64,000 nt of DNA. It comes from Rhodosorus marinus CCMP1338 (taxonomy: Eukaryota > Plantae > Rhodophyta). Shown here in pieces: positions 1 to 12,013 of the stretch; position 1 is the first letter of the stretch, and each line of letters opens with the position of its first letter. Where the stretch lies: the NCBI GenBank assembly GCA_029953675.1, contig JAMWBK010000013.1, forward strand, positions 62,001 to 126,000, given 5' to 3'. Made by a program: the position numbers and the translations under genes. The notes below the pieces were generated by a model. It did no database searches. It saw only the letters and a list, made by a program, of their open reading frames with translations, and was not told the DNA's origin.

Positions 1-3000
1 CCTTTGACCGTTTCTCCGGGCATTTCCTGGCACCGGGACAGATTGCCGGACTTTCTGAGAGGGAGAGCAGCGTGAAGGCGGCGGCCATCCATTGGTTCCG
101 CATTCAACGCATTGAGAGGCTCCTGTTGGCGCGATTTCGTTAGCCATCTTCGTGAAGCAGTGTCGACTTTCTTTGATCGAGAGCGACGGTTGGTACTGCA
201 GTCACGCTACGAAGGGGATTTACCGCGCATGGACGAGCTTGAGGGTTCAAGCGCCACCACTACTCCGTGGAGGGAGGCAATGAACGGAATGTCGGTGGAG
301 GATACTCCAACGACCCTCCTGGACGCCTCGGGCACACTCAGGCGCGCCTCGGCAGTGGAAGAGCCAATACCTTAGTGCGACTACCAGGCAAGCGAGTAAG
401 GACCGACTCCCCAGGGTCTAAGGGGGAGTTCCGCTGGTACGGCTGCGATGTCGCAGCCCCTGGACCTAAAGGGTCACGTTGAGCAGGTGGGAGGGGACTA
501 GGGTGTTTGGAGAACGCAGTTTCGGAGTTGGCTTCAGAGGTGGCTTTCTTCGTTTGGGGGCTCACTTCCTCTGAGAGGCCGGATTCCACCGGTAGTACTG
601 CCTCGCAGGGAGCTGATACAGGATGGGTGTATTTTGGACTTCATATCTGCGGGTTTGGCCCGCAATCTGCGGCATGTGGTTATGTGGAAATTCTTGGGGA
701 TAATGCCGTGTTTGATCCTGGCCCCAGCTCGCACATCAGTGCGAAGCTGACATGTCCCGGACCGGCTCGAAATGTTCCTGCGAGGGGAATTTGAGGTGTT
801 GCAAAGTGTGTATATGACGTCGCTCGAGGCCTCGCGGCGCACGGTCCAGTCCACGGGTGCCTCGCACGTGACGGCTCTGGTACAAAAGTTGGTAGAGGTT
901 GGCGATTTGAGTCGAGCGACCCGGCTTTTGGAGGGACAGGCGCCTGTCCTCTCCTATGATGATCGGCTTGCGGACCCGGTATTCGCCTTACTTCCGTCGT
1001 CCGATGTGGAGTTCCAGCCAAATTTTGCGGCCCTTCTCGACCGATCAGAGTTGGCCCGCCTCCGCATAGATGTGCCGCTTCGCCAGTCCGATTTGGAGGA
1101 ACTTCTCCGTACCTCCCGCCGAGGACGTTCCCCTGGGCCTTCAGGCCTTCGTACGGAATTATTTCAGGCTTTGAGCGAGAGGGGCCGACGTACATTGGTG
1201 AAGATTCTGAATGAGTTTTTAGTTAGTTTTGCAGTGAACTGTACGCATGTCCACACCGTGGGCACACTTACAGCGGGCGCAGCTTTGTTTGATTGCGAAA
1301 GCCGATCACTCGCCTGAACATCCCGTCTCCGGGGCATCGGAATGATTGAGAGCACTCGGAAGTTAGCCGGGAGGTGGGCTATGACCGCGACTACGCCAGC
1401 GTGTTACAGCTTTTTTGGCTCCTCATCAAATGGGAGTAGGGTCTTTCTAGGGAGATACGAACTGATTACCCATGCGATCGAGCTCGTGCGGGCCCCTAAG
1501 CCGACCTGGCTTAGTGGCATCTTGGTTATTGATTTCCGGAACGCTTTCAACAGCGTATCCCGGACGCACGCACTGGAGGTGGTTCGAAGGGTTTTTCCTG
1601 AGACTTTGCCTTTTTTAGCTGGGATCAACGGGGGAACAGGCCTCCCTACATGTCAGAGGGGATTGAAGTTTCTGAAGCATACATAGGGGTACAAAAAGGG
1701 GACCCTTGTGGGCCGGTCCTTCACGCCTGTGCCTTGCAGCTCGCTTTGTTGCAAGTCGCGACCGAGATGGAGGACCTACGCATCTGTGCATATCATGACG
1801 ATGTGACGTTGATGGGTAGTCCTACGGACTTAGATCGGGGGTTGACCGGGATCCAAGCCCTAGCAAGTGAGGTGGGGTCGATAGTCAAACCGGAGAAAAC
1901 AACGCTTTCGCCCAGAGAAGCCCCTCCGGGCAGTCTCCCCGACGCTCTGAGGCATGTTTGCCAACTGAGGGTCTGATGCATCATTGTATAGGGTTGGGGA
2001 GTGAATACTTGGTGCAATCCTCCTGCGAACGAGTTTTCACCCGGAACAGGCAGCTCACAAATGCCATTGAGCGCCTTCCTGATGGTATGCTGCAATCGGC
2101 GCGCCTGATTTCCCGATTCTGTGCGGGTCCCCGGCGCAACTATTGGCTGGAAGTCTTCCACCGCAATTGGGAGGTGGACTGCTGCTAAGGCGGGCGAGGC
2201 GACGCTAACACGTTGGGGCACAGTCCTAGACGAACCACGTGCTTCGGCATCGGCACCTGACAGGGACCTGAGACGGGCTCAGATGGCTCTACCCTTGCGC
2301 CTGGGAGGCTTTGGAGTGGGTGACCCGTCTTGTCTGCTCGACTGCGACGGTAGCCTCCTGGGCCACCGCTCTTCATACCCTTGTGCTATTTAGGTTCTGC
2401 AGTGCCTGAATTCTAAGTTGGGCGCTGACGAACGATGACCCAGTCAACCGTCCGCCGCCGTTACTGCGCATCTATGACGTTCCGCAGTGCCTGCCTTTTA
2501 AGTTGGACGCTGACGAACGATGACCCAGTCAACCTTCCACCGCCGTTACTGCACATCTACAACGGCCTGCAACAGGCGTTTCTTCGGTGCAATGCCGTAC
2601 CGAAAGAGAATCGATTTAAGCTCAGTTCCTGGAAGGAGATATTATGGGGACGCAATGAGTCTGGACTGGAATCTATGGTTAATCGCGTGCTGGCCGACGA
2701 TGGGGAAGCCGGCCCACAGTCACCCGCTACTGATTACCCGGGTATGAGCAGATCGTGGAGCTCCCGCACTGATATGATCCAACATAGCCTCATTTGGGGC
2801 CAAAACAGTGCTGCTCACACAATCTTGCTCAACTCACCACTTACTCCGCCTACCACTGCGGCTCGTCTACAGGGCTTGGGAGGCCAACTATCCCACCTAT
2901 GGCGAACCACTCTACCCTCGTCACGGGGCCAACGCCAGAACGCCTTCCAGTTCCCGACTGCGGCACGCTTCGACTTGGTCTTCCACAGGTCCGTTGGCAT

Positions 3001-3741
3001 TCTAATCGCCCTACCCCACCTATCACCTATGACTAACCACTCTGCCCTCGTCACCGGGCCAACGACTGGGCAACCTTCCAGTTCCGGACTGCGGCACGCA
3101 TCTACTTGGGGTTGCCACAGGCCCCTTACATTCTAATCGCCCTTCCTTCTGCCAAGGATGTGCGAGCCGTATCGACGGATGTGGGTACCATTCTCTGGGC
3201 TCGTGCGGACTACTGCGAGGTCATCTCACGAAGAGACACACGCGCCTGAAATACATCCTGAGCGAACGCTTGACAAGAGTTGGCTACACCGTCGAGGTGG
3301 AACCGGCACTGCCAAGTACACCCTCCGCAACCACCTCTACTCCTTGCATCGCAGATCTCCTGGTCTTGGACGCAGCCGCCAGACGCTCAGCATATGTGGA
3401 TCTCGCTGTCACTTGCCCCTTGTCCGGTACGTATCTCCCTTCTGCCGCTCTCCGCAGGGGGGCAGCAGCTTCTGTACTTGGGCCGCGTGAAGGAAACACG
3501 GTAGGCTGATAGCATGGCCAGTCTTCCCCAGGAAGAGGGTCGGTCTCACAGGTTCCAGCCTTTTATTGTGGAAAGCTTTGGACATCTGGAAAAGTCAAGC
3601 TTGGAGTTGCTACGTAAGTGTTTTACCGAACATCGTGAAGAATATCTGGTACTTCTCCGCCATTTAAGTATCGCACTCTGGCGGTATTCTAGCACCATGC
3701 TCTTCTTCCTAGCCCCTAGTTTCCCTTCACGTTTTGCGTAG
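1..3741 (+). mobile_element. Degenerate RLE-class (CRE-like) non-LTR retrotransposon ORF2, family B; many frameshifts
   Basis: Consecutive ORF fragments carry collinear motifs: SPGPSG, IDFRNAFNSVSR, GVQKGDPCGP, AYHDD, LPLRLGGFG, and the RLE motifs ADLLV..YVDLAVTCP and FQPFIVESFG. Internal tandem duplications near 2390-2570 and 2890-3140. Confidence 0.9.
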
Positions 3742-4167
3742 CGCATCATGCTAGGTTAGTAAAAGCACCAAGGGTACCAGTCCCCATTACAGTGATAGAT
3801 CTACACGTCGTTGGTGGTCTGACGAACAGGTTGTCACGGACCCTTCATTCAGATCATCGTGATTGGAGATACCTAGGGAATTGGAATTATGGGGAAGGTA
3901 AAACCCTACACATTTCACCTCTTTGTGACGGCGCATAGTTGCAGCCAAAGATCCCCGGTGCTCCCCGGCAGCCGGAAAAAAATTCCAATGCCCTTCATCC
4001 TCCGTTCATCTTCTATTCTTGCTTAGCACAAACCCCCAGAGCTTTCCAAGTAATTCCAATTCCTCTTCATCCGTATAAAAAGACAGGTTGTCGCAGTTTC
4101 ACAAGGTGGCACTCCAATCGAAAATGTTTCGGTTTTATGAAATATAAAAAATACGTTTGAAATTAAT

Positions 4168-4336
4168 GAACGAACGAATGGTTTAATCGGAGGCTGAAAA
4201 AAAAACCCCGAGGGGAAAAAAAGACTAAGCGCGGCGAAGTACTCGCGCCTCCAACATCAAAGCGGCATTCATGCGCCACAGCAGGAAACTTAAGCGGGTA
4301 AACAACGATTGAAGACGGTCAGGGCGTTCGCGGAAC
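4168..4336 (-). mobile_element. 5'-truncated family C RLE element (169 bp) with (RTTC)n tail and 6-bp TSD
   Basis: Near-identical to the 3' end of the copies at 6287 and 23.4 kb. ATTAAT at 4162-4167 and 4337-4342. Confidence 0.85.
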
Positions 4337-4360
4337 ATTAATAAAGCAGATTAATTATCT

Positions 4361-5303
4361 CTAACGAGTGACTGGGGGGTTTGAGTTGGTTTTCGGTTGC
4401 GATTGGAGTCGTGTTCGGGTCCGAGAGTGTTCCTCGTTGCAGGCGCATCCTCTCGCTGTCTTTTCCACCGCTTTTCGGGTTTCGTGGTTGGTTATCGTCA
4501 ATCTCCCCCTTTGGGTGTGTTCGATTTTTCGGTCTGAGCCGCTGGTTTGTACGGGATTTTTTGGTCGGGTTCCTTCGTGAGACTCCTGTTCAACACACTC
4601 TTCCGTGATGGCCGGGGTCCCTCCGCGCTCCACTCCTGAGGGTCCGGAGATCCCGCGGGCGGAGGTGTCTACTGAGGGTGGACACAGAATGTCTGTTCGC
4701 GAGGGCCCTTCTCCATGCATGTTGAGTTATAGGGCGCCTCTGGTTACGCAAGTGCGTGCCCTGCTCTCTGCTCTAACAAGCCTTATTACGGCCGCGGACG
4801 ATCGAGGTGTCATTCCTCAGCTCACCCAGAAGCTAGGGGGGCTGGAATCGGGTCTCCTGGCGAGGGAAAATTCAAATTCGGGTGAGAATTTGAATTCCAG
4901 CCGGGTGGCCAAGTTGGCCGGAGACAGTCAACTTCCCCAGGTCAATCAACAACCTGTCCCGGGACAGGCGAGGGCAGCTATGGGATCTGGAGGTGACAAA
5001 GGTGGTTCCGCGGCTAGGGACTCTTCGGAGGGGGGTGCAGAGCTGCCTAATCTTTCGAATATTCCCTCAGTGGGAGCGGACTTTCCCGTCCTGGGCCAGC
5101 CCTCAGGAGGGCGACAGCTCCAGGCCAAGGCGGGGGCACGCGGTGGTCCCAAGGGGGGCCCGTCTTACGTCTCAGTTTTGCGGAAGGGTACCACAGCCTC
5201 ACGGACGGCGGCTATGCTAGGATTTTGCCCTCTCGCGAGCAGCAGGGCCTGCGGCGACTACTTTGCAATTCCTCTAGGTGCGCAACGTCCGGCCCCAGAC
5301 TAC
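4361..5303 (+). mobile_element. GT-rich 5' UTR and N-terminal ORF1 fragment of an RLE element (MAGVPPRS...PSYVSVLR)
   Basis: UTR and start context resemble those at 13.0-13.27 kb (-) and 32.05-32.23 kb (-). The PSY..VL motif is shared with intact ORF1 (PTYAAVS). Confidence 0.7.
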
Positions 5304-5666
5304 ACGGGGCCCCCTTGGGACCACCACGTGCCCCCGCCTTGGCCTGGAGCTGTCGCCCTCCTGAAGGCTGGCCCAGGACGGGAAAGTCCGCTCTCGCTGA
5401 GGGAACGTTCGAAGGATTAGGCAGCTCTGCACCCCTCTCCGAAGAGGCCCCAGCCGCGGAACCACCTTTGTCACCTCCAGATCCCCCAGCTGCCTCGCCT
5501 GTCCCGGGACAGGTTGTTGATTGACCCAGGAAGTTGACTGTCTCCCGCCAACTCGGCCACCCGGCTGGAATTCAAATTCTCACCCGAATTTGAATTTTCC
5601 TTCGCCAGGAGACCCGATTACAGCCCCCCTAGCTTCTGGGTGAGCTGAGGAATGACACCTCGATCG
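4799..5666. repeat. Foldback inverted repeat of ORF1 sequence: arms 4799-5163 and 5304-5666, loop about 140 bp
   Basis: Arms are reverse complements along their whole length, roughly 90-95% identical by eye. Confidence 0.95.
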
Positions 5667-6286
5667 CAAGCAATGCGCAAATGTAGATAAGATTCCTCAT
5701 CCTGGCACCCCTCTCTATCCCTCCCAATTCACCGCTGTTTCTCTACACTCTTCACCTGCCTCACAGCATATCTCGATCATCTCAGCCACCCATTCTAGCC
5801 AAGTACCTCATAACCAAGCTGGCTATTTATACTGTTAACCCCCCCCGGCGCTCACGGAACTAACTCTCGCCAACGCGTGGAGGGAACAAAAGCAAATCGC
5901 GGCACTCGAAGTCGTTGCTAACGAAGCTGGAAATGCTCTTTTTTTTGGTTTCCGTTATGGTTGCCCTTCACGGCGGCATGAATGAACTTGTTTATGAATG
6001 AATGTATTGATTCGCTCGACCGAAAAAAAAAAGCCTGAGGGGACAACATTGTATGGAGTGGACATAAACCTTTCCCTCCATACAATTAATTGTAAAAAAC
6101 CGCCATATCACCGGTGCTTTGATGCTCCTAGAGGCGAGCGATCTTCGCTCTGCGGGCAGCTGAGTCTTTTTCTCTCCTAGGGTTTTTTTTTCTTTCAGTC
6201 TACGATTGAACAAATTCATTCAGATCACGCACATAACTACGCGCATCACTCCAGCATCTAGATTGATGAAAATGTCCTCCAGTATC

Positions 6287-7116
6287 GAACGAATGGTTTA
6301 ATCGGAGGCTGAAAAAAAAACCCCGAGGGGAAAAAAAGACTAAGCGCGGCGAAGTACTCGCGCCTCCAACATCAAAGCGGCATTCATGCGCCACAGCAGG
6401 AAACTTAAGCGGGTAAACAACGATTGAAGACGGTCAGGGCGTTCGCGGAACAACTCCCGAAGCCAGCGAGAACCAACAGAGTCCATGAACCCAAAGCACT
6501 CAATGATCAGGGGTACCAAGCGATGTGCTAATGCCGAAGCACGAACACCAGGGGAAGACAAAGCCCCCGCGTATTTGATCTCTTTGCGGCGTCTCATGCT
6601 GGTGGCGGCAGATCCACGGCGCTCCCCCGCAGCCGGTAGATAACGACTAGCTTGAGGGTTAGGAACAGCAAGATCAACGTATGTGGTACGGCGGCTGTCG
6701 TCACAGGTGATCACCAGGTCGGCTACACGGCGTTCATCATTTTGAAAGTCCGCGACGGGTAAAGGTTTCTCACGTTCGATTTCCAGACCGGCTTGCCGGA
6801 CTATAGGCCGAAGTTCCCCGTATAACAGGTTCAAGATCCGTGTATGGCGGCGGGTTCGAGCACCTTTCACCGCCGGGCAACTAGCGAGCAGGTGGGCGCC
6901 AAAATCTGCGTTGTCTTCAGTCTGAGAGCAGAGAGGGCACGACGAACCCATCTCGTACGGCCAAGGGGGCTGATGTAAGCCGAGGTATAAGCGCAGTGAA
7001 GTACGCACTTCGAAATCCGACAGTGTGAGTGGCGGAAAGGCTGGTACGGTCATGAGCCACTGAGAGCTAAGAACCCCTCCAAGACTACGTAGGCGGGCGC
7101 GAGCGCGAGAAGAGAA
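6287..7116 (-). mobile_element. 5'-truncated family C RLE element (830 bp; CCHC zinc finger + RLE) with 8-bp TSD
   Basis: ORF 6340-7053 contains CPLC..HLLASC..RRH, RVADLV, YVDLAV, KEIKY, LVPLIIECFG. CCAGTATC at 6279-6286 and 7117-7124. The empty site is visible in the other IR arm and at 7738-7750. Confidence 0.95.
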
Positions 7117-9760
7117 CCAGTATCAAGGCAGGTTTCATACCGGAAAAAAAATCGAAACAGTTCAAGAAACACATATTTTCGAGCACATATCTTTCCGGGC
7201 TTTTAGCTAACAAGATCAAATGTGTTTTCCGTTCTATCAAGGGTAGCAACTTGATGTCGCATCTAAATTTAGATACTTTTGTTTACAAATATTTTTCCGG
7301 CGGAGTTCATGTTTGGCAAGTGGCTTGTCAGCCCATTCACTTCGCTTTGCTCAGGTTTTGCACTGCGTTCTGTGGGGGGAGGTACTCCCGCGCGTTGTTT
7401 TTTGTTTTGTTGTTTTGATGAATGTGAGTTGTGTTCACTCGCACCGCAAAAGACGACTGTAACTGCCTAGTACACCTTTAGCATCTGGTTTGATGAAATT
7501 TTATCCAGCTCATATATTTTCAAAAGTTTTGCTTTCTCCAATTCAAAACAACAGAGCGGTGTTGAATAAATGGTTTGGTTTGGTGGTTTAATGAATGTGA
7601 AATACGGCATAACTGCTTAGTACACCTTCCGCAACCACCTCTCCTTGTTGCATCGCAGATCTCCCGGTATCGGACGCAGCCGACATATGTTCAGCATATG
7701 TATACTGCCTTCAGCATCTGGATTGATGAAATGTCCTCCAGTATCAAAGCAGGTTTCATACCGGAAAAAAAATCGCTTTTTTTTTCAGTTCGTATATATT
7801 CGAAAGTTTTGCTTTTTTCTAATTCAAAACACCTGAACAGTGTTCAATGAATGGTTTGGGGCGTCTATTTAATAGTGGTTTTTCTGGTATTTATGCGGCT
7901 TTTCTAACATAGGTGGTTTAACGAATGTGAATTGTGCTTATTCGCCGCAGAAAAGACGACTATAACTGCTTAGTGCACCTTCCGCAGCCACCTCTCCATG
8001 TCGCATCGCAGATCTCCTGGTATCGGACGCAGCCGACACGTGCTCAGCATATGTGGACGTTGCTGTCACTTGCCCCGTGTCCGGTACCTGTCTCCGTTCT
8101 GCCCCTCTCCGGCCCTGGCGTTTTGAATTGGACAAACCAAAACTTTCGAAAATATATGAACTGTTCCGAATTGTTTTCCGGTATGAAACCTGCTTTGATG
8201 CTGTTCGTTCGTTCGATGCTGGAAGACATTTCATTAATCCAGAAACCATTCATTCAATCCAGATGCTGAAGGTGTTACTAGGCAGTTACAGTCGTCTTTT
8301 CTGGTGCGAATAAAAAAGGTGCTCCGCAAGAGAAAACTGTTGAAAATCTGAGCAAAGCGCGCTAAACGGGCGTGACAAGCCACTTGCCAAACTTAAACTC
8401 CTCCAGAAAAATATTTGAAAACAAACTTCTAAAATTTAGATGCAAAACCAAGTTGTTACCCTTCATAGAACAGATACATTTATTTGATCTTATTAGCCAA
8501 AAAGGCTGAGAAGATTCTTGCTCGAAAATATGTGAACCGTTGCGAATTTTTTTTCTGGTATGAAACCTGCTTTTTGATGCTGGAGGACATTTCATCAATC
8601 CAGATGCTGGAATGATGCGTGTAGTGTGTGTGGATCTGAATGAATTTGTATCAATCTTAGACTGAAAGAAAAAATGTCTTGAGGGGAGAAAAAGACTCAG
8701 CTGCCCGCAGAGCGAAGATCGCTCGCCTCTAACATCAAAGCACCCGTGATATGGCGTTTCTTACAATTAATTGTATGGAGGGATCTTCGCTCTGCTGCCC
8801 GCAGAGCGAAAATCGCTCGCCTCTAACATTAGAGCGCGGGTGATATGGCGTTTCCTACAATTAATTGTAAGGAACGATGGTGCGCCAAGAGCATGGCCAG
8901 TTTTCCCCGGGAAGAGGGCCGGTCTCGCAGGTTCCAGCCTTCCATTGTGGAAACCTTTGGGCATCTGGAAAATTCAAGCTTTGGAGTGGCTACGTAAGCG
9001 CTTTCCCAAACATCCTGAAGAACATCTGGTGCTCCTCCGTGCGATTTTTTTTCCGGTATGAAACCTGCTTTGATGCTGGAGAAAATTTCATCAAACCAGA
9101 TGCTAAAGGTGTACTAGGCAGTTACAGTCGCCTTTTCCGGTGCGAGTGGACACAACTCACATTCATCAAAGCACCAAAACCAAAACAACGCGCGGGAGTA
9201 CCTCCCACAGAACGCAGTGCAAAATCTGAGCAAAGCGAAGTGAACGGGCTGACAAGCCACTTACCAAACATGAACTCCTCCGGAAAAATATTTGTAAACA
9301 AAAGCATCTAAATTTAGATGCGAAATCAAGTTGCTACCCTTGATGGAACGGAAACTACATTTGATCTTGTAGCCAAAAGCCCGGGAAGATATGGTGTTCT
9401 CGAAAACATGTGTTTCTTGAACTGTTTCGAATTTTTTTCCGGTATGAAACATGCTTTTATACTGGAGGACATTTCATCAATGCAGATGCTGGAGTGATGC
9501 GCGTAGTTATGTGCTATGTGCGTGATCTGTTCAATCGTAGACTGAAACAAAAAAAAAAACGAGGGGAGAAAAAGACTCAGCTGCCCGCAGAGCGAAGATC
9601 GCTCGCCTCTAGGAGCATCGAAGCACCGGTGATATGGCGTTTTTTCACGATTAATTGTATGGAGGGAAGGGTTTATGTCCACTCCATACAATGTTGTCCC
9701 CTCAGCTGGTTTTTTTTCAGTCGAGCGAATCAACACATTCGTTCATAAACAAGTTCATTC
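7117..9760. repeat. Composite array of reshuffled RLE 3'-end remnants (about 65-bp and about 600-bp units, both orientations)
   Basis: The unit ggtatgaaacctgctttgatgctggaggac (MKPALMLE, versus family C MNAALMLE) recurs about 6 times, interleaved with family B endonuclease fragments. Confidence 0.8.
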
Positions 9761-10042
9761 ATGCCGCCGTGAAGGGCAACCATAACGGAAACCAAAAAAA
9801 AAAGCATTTCCAGCTTCGTTAGCAACGACTTCGAGTTCCGCGATTTGCTTTTGTCCCTCCACGCGTTGGCGAGAGTCAGTTCCGTGAGCGCCGGGGGGGG
9901 GGGGTTTACAGTATAAACAGCCAGCTTGATTTTGAGGTACTTGGCTAGAATGGGTGGCTGAGATGATCGAGATATGCTGTGAGGCAGGCGAAGAGTGTAG
10001 AGAAACAGTGGTGAATTGGGAGGGATAGAGAGGGGTGCCAGG

Positions 10043-12013
10043 ATGAGGAATCTTATCTACATTTGCGCGTTGCTTGCTATTTTTAGTGGAGTATGGGCAA
10101 CAGAGATGAGTTATTTCTGGCCCAGGGGTCGTACTGAGGCCCGTCAGCACACCAGTCAAATGGTTACTATGTGGGAACTGAGAGATGGAAATTTGGCTGG
10201 GATCTTTCTTGCAGGCTTTAATCCAAGCAGGTGCGTGTATCAGGAGTGGGACAGGGGCAGTCTTCAGACCCTGCGCTCTATCCCTGAAATTACCGGGTGC
10301 ACGTTCGGAGCTCCATTACGAGGCGGTGGTTTGTTGATGGCCTTGTCGTCCAATGCAATTATGAAATGGGACTCGAACCTCGAGCTCGCCTGGGCGCAGA
10401 CGTATGTGGACGGAGAGCTAGTGGGTTTGAAGTCTATCATTGAACTCAACGACGGGTCGATCCTAGTCCTGGCAACGTCCCTTGTGTCAAAGTTGGATTC
10501 GGATGGAAACGTGCTTTGGAGAAAACCGTTCGCCCCAGAAAGGCCGGCTGCCGCTGGCACGCAAATGGCAGAAGTCGAAGAACTTAGCGTTGTCGTGGTA
10601 GCTCTCGACGGAAACAAAGTAGTGCGTGCCTACAAGTTTGATGCAGACGGGAACTTGCTGTGGGAGAAAAAACTATCAAACCGACGTACAAAATTTTCTC
10701 AGATAGTTCCTGTTCTCGCTTCGGATGGCAACTACATCGTTGCTCTTTCAACCGATAACCTTGAGAATAGAAAGGACAAGGAAGTAACAGCCTTCAAGTT
10801 GAGCCCTGATGGAAGCACCCTCTGGGCGAGGACGGTGAGAGTTCCGCAAACTCTTGGTTCTGGGGAACGACTAGGAGGATTGGTTGCAGAAGACGATGGA
10901 GGCGCCGTACTGGTAGCGACTTCTACTAGCGGCAGAGTCGGGGAAAAAACGTCCCCTTATCGTGAACAAGGAGGAAGAGAAATATGGCTTGTGAAGCTTA
11001 GCTGTAATGGGGAGGTTGTTTGGGATCTGTCAGCAGGAATGAGTCCTTATTGGGAAATCTCTTACGCGCGCAAAACTATGGGAGGGTATATCGTAGGCAC
11101 GCCGACCCCTGTTGAGATAGTGACCAATGAGCTACGTAAAGTAACGCGAAATTCAAGGCTGAAACCGGGTGATGTCATCTCGATATTTTCAAGAGAAGCG
11201 GGTAAGTACCTTGCGGTCGACACCGATTCAGACAGAGATCTCGTGAAAGCGAACCGGGACGAGGATGGAATAGCATCTCAGTGGATGATTTTGAAGGATC
11301 CCTCACAAGCCGAGAGTCGTCTGTATCTCCGCTCACTGATTAATGGAAAACGAGCTTTGCTCACTCGAACCTCCTCGGATGTGGAGATGAGGGCATCGGC
11401 CGATCACAATTCCGCCCCAATGATGCGGAACGAGTTCGAGGTGAAGTACCTTGGGAACAGCACGGTTGCTATTCAGTCCAGCATCCGATCTTTTGGGTAC
11501 TTGAGACCTGAGGGGGGATCCGAACTGGGCAAGATCATCGCAACGGAATCCAAGGCATCGGAACGCGAGATGGAGTTGACTCTTATACACCAACGGAACC
11601 CTCTCGTACGCAGCGATATTATTCTCCGGCTGAGCTCTAAGAACGTCCTGATTGAGGCCAATGAACAGGGTCTTTTGAAGGCGACGAACACCGTTCTAGA
11701 CGAATCGAATATGGACGCCTATACTTTCACGGTCGTGGGGCTTGGGAAGTATGGTCGAGTCGGTCTAATCTCGAAGGCGTCTGGAAGATATCTGTTTTAT
11801 GACCATAAACAGGGATGGAGGATGAATGCTGATGGAACCTCTGGAAATAACATCTATTGGAGACTTGCCGTCTATGCCGACGGATATACCGCCTTGTACC
11901 CTAACCGTCTTACTGCGTCCTGCGTTATGGTAACCCCGGAAGGAGAGGTCAGCGCCTCTCCCACGGCAGGAGATTTTGAATCATGTAAGATGATGGTCGC
12001 ACAGGTAGTCTAG
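10043..12013 (+). CDS. Secreted protein: signal peptide + beta-propeller-like repeats + fascin-like beta-trefoil C-terminus; intronless
   Basis: ATG at 10043 with hydrophobic leader. D.DG..LW.K repeats, then fascin-like strands (GKYLAVD, YLRSLING, SGRYLFYD). Domain calls are by eye. Confidence 0.75.
   Translation: MRNLIYICALLAIFSGVWATEMSYFWPRGRTEARQHTSQMVTMWELRDGNLAGIFLAGFNPSRCVYQEWDRGSLQTLRSIPEITGCTFGAPLRGGGLLMALSSNAIMKWDSNLELAWAQTYVDGELVGLKSIIELNDGSILVLATSLVSKLDSDGNVLWRKPFAPERPAAAGTQMAEVEELSVVVVALDGNKVVRAYKFDADGNLLWEKKLSNRRTKFSQIVPVLASDGNYIVALSTDNLENRKDKEVTAFKLSPDGSTLWARTVRVPQTLGSGERLGGLVAEDDGGAVLVATSTSGRVGEKTSPYREQGGREIWLVKLSCNGEVVWDLSAGMSPYWEISYARKTMGGYIVGTPTPVEIVTNELRKVTRNSRLKPGDVISIFSREAGKYLAVDTDSDRDLVKANRDEDGIASQWMILKDPSQAESRLYLRSLINGKRALLTRTSSDVEMRASADHNSAPMMRNEFEVKYLGNSTVAIQSSIRSFGYLRPEGGSELGKIIATESKASEREMELTLIHQRNPLVRSDIILRLSSKNVLIEANEQGLLKATNTVLDESNMDAYTFTVVGLGKYGRVGLISKASGRYLFYDHKQGWRMNADGTSGNNIYWRLAVYADGYTALYPNRLTASCVMVTPEGEVSASPTAGDFESCKMMVAQVV

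Larger units (their letters stand above)
5666..10077. repeat. Large inverted duplication: 5666-7509 (interrupted by the 6287-7116 insertion) versus 9075-10077
   Basis: Reverse-complement match covers the upstream region and first 12 codons (MRNLIYICALLA) of the gene at 10043. Confidence 0.95.

Noticed and set aside
7070-7092. Telomere-like motif inside family C (ACGTAGTCTTGGAGGGGTT on the minus strand)
   Set aside because: It is gapped relative to the 16-mer and lies in conserved coding sequence (LRSLGGV); likely chance.
7117-9760. CRISPR-like repeat array
   Set aside because: Units are irregularly spaced, occur in both orientations and derive from RLE coding sequence. The context is eukaryotic with no cas genes.
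10016-10042. ORF-track start at 10016
   Set aside because: Non-ATG start. The ATG at 10043 directly precedes a signal peptide.
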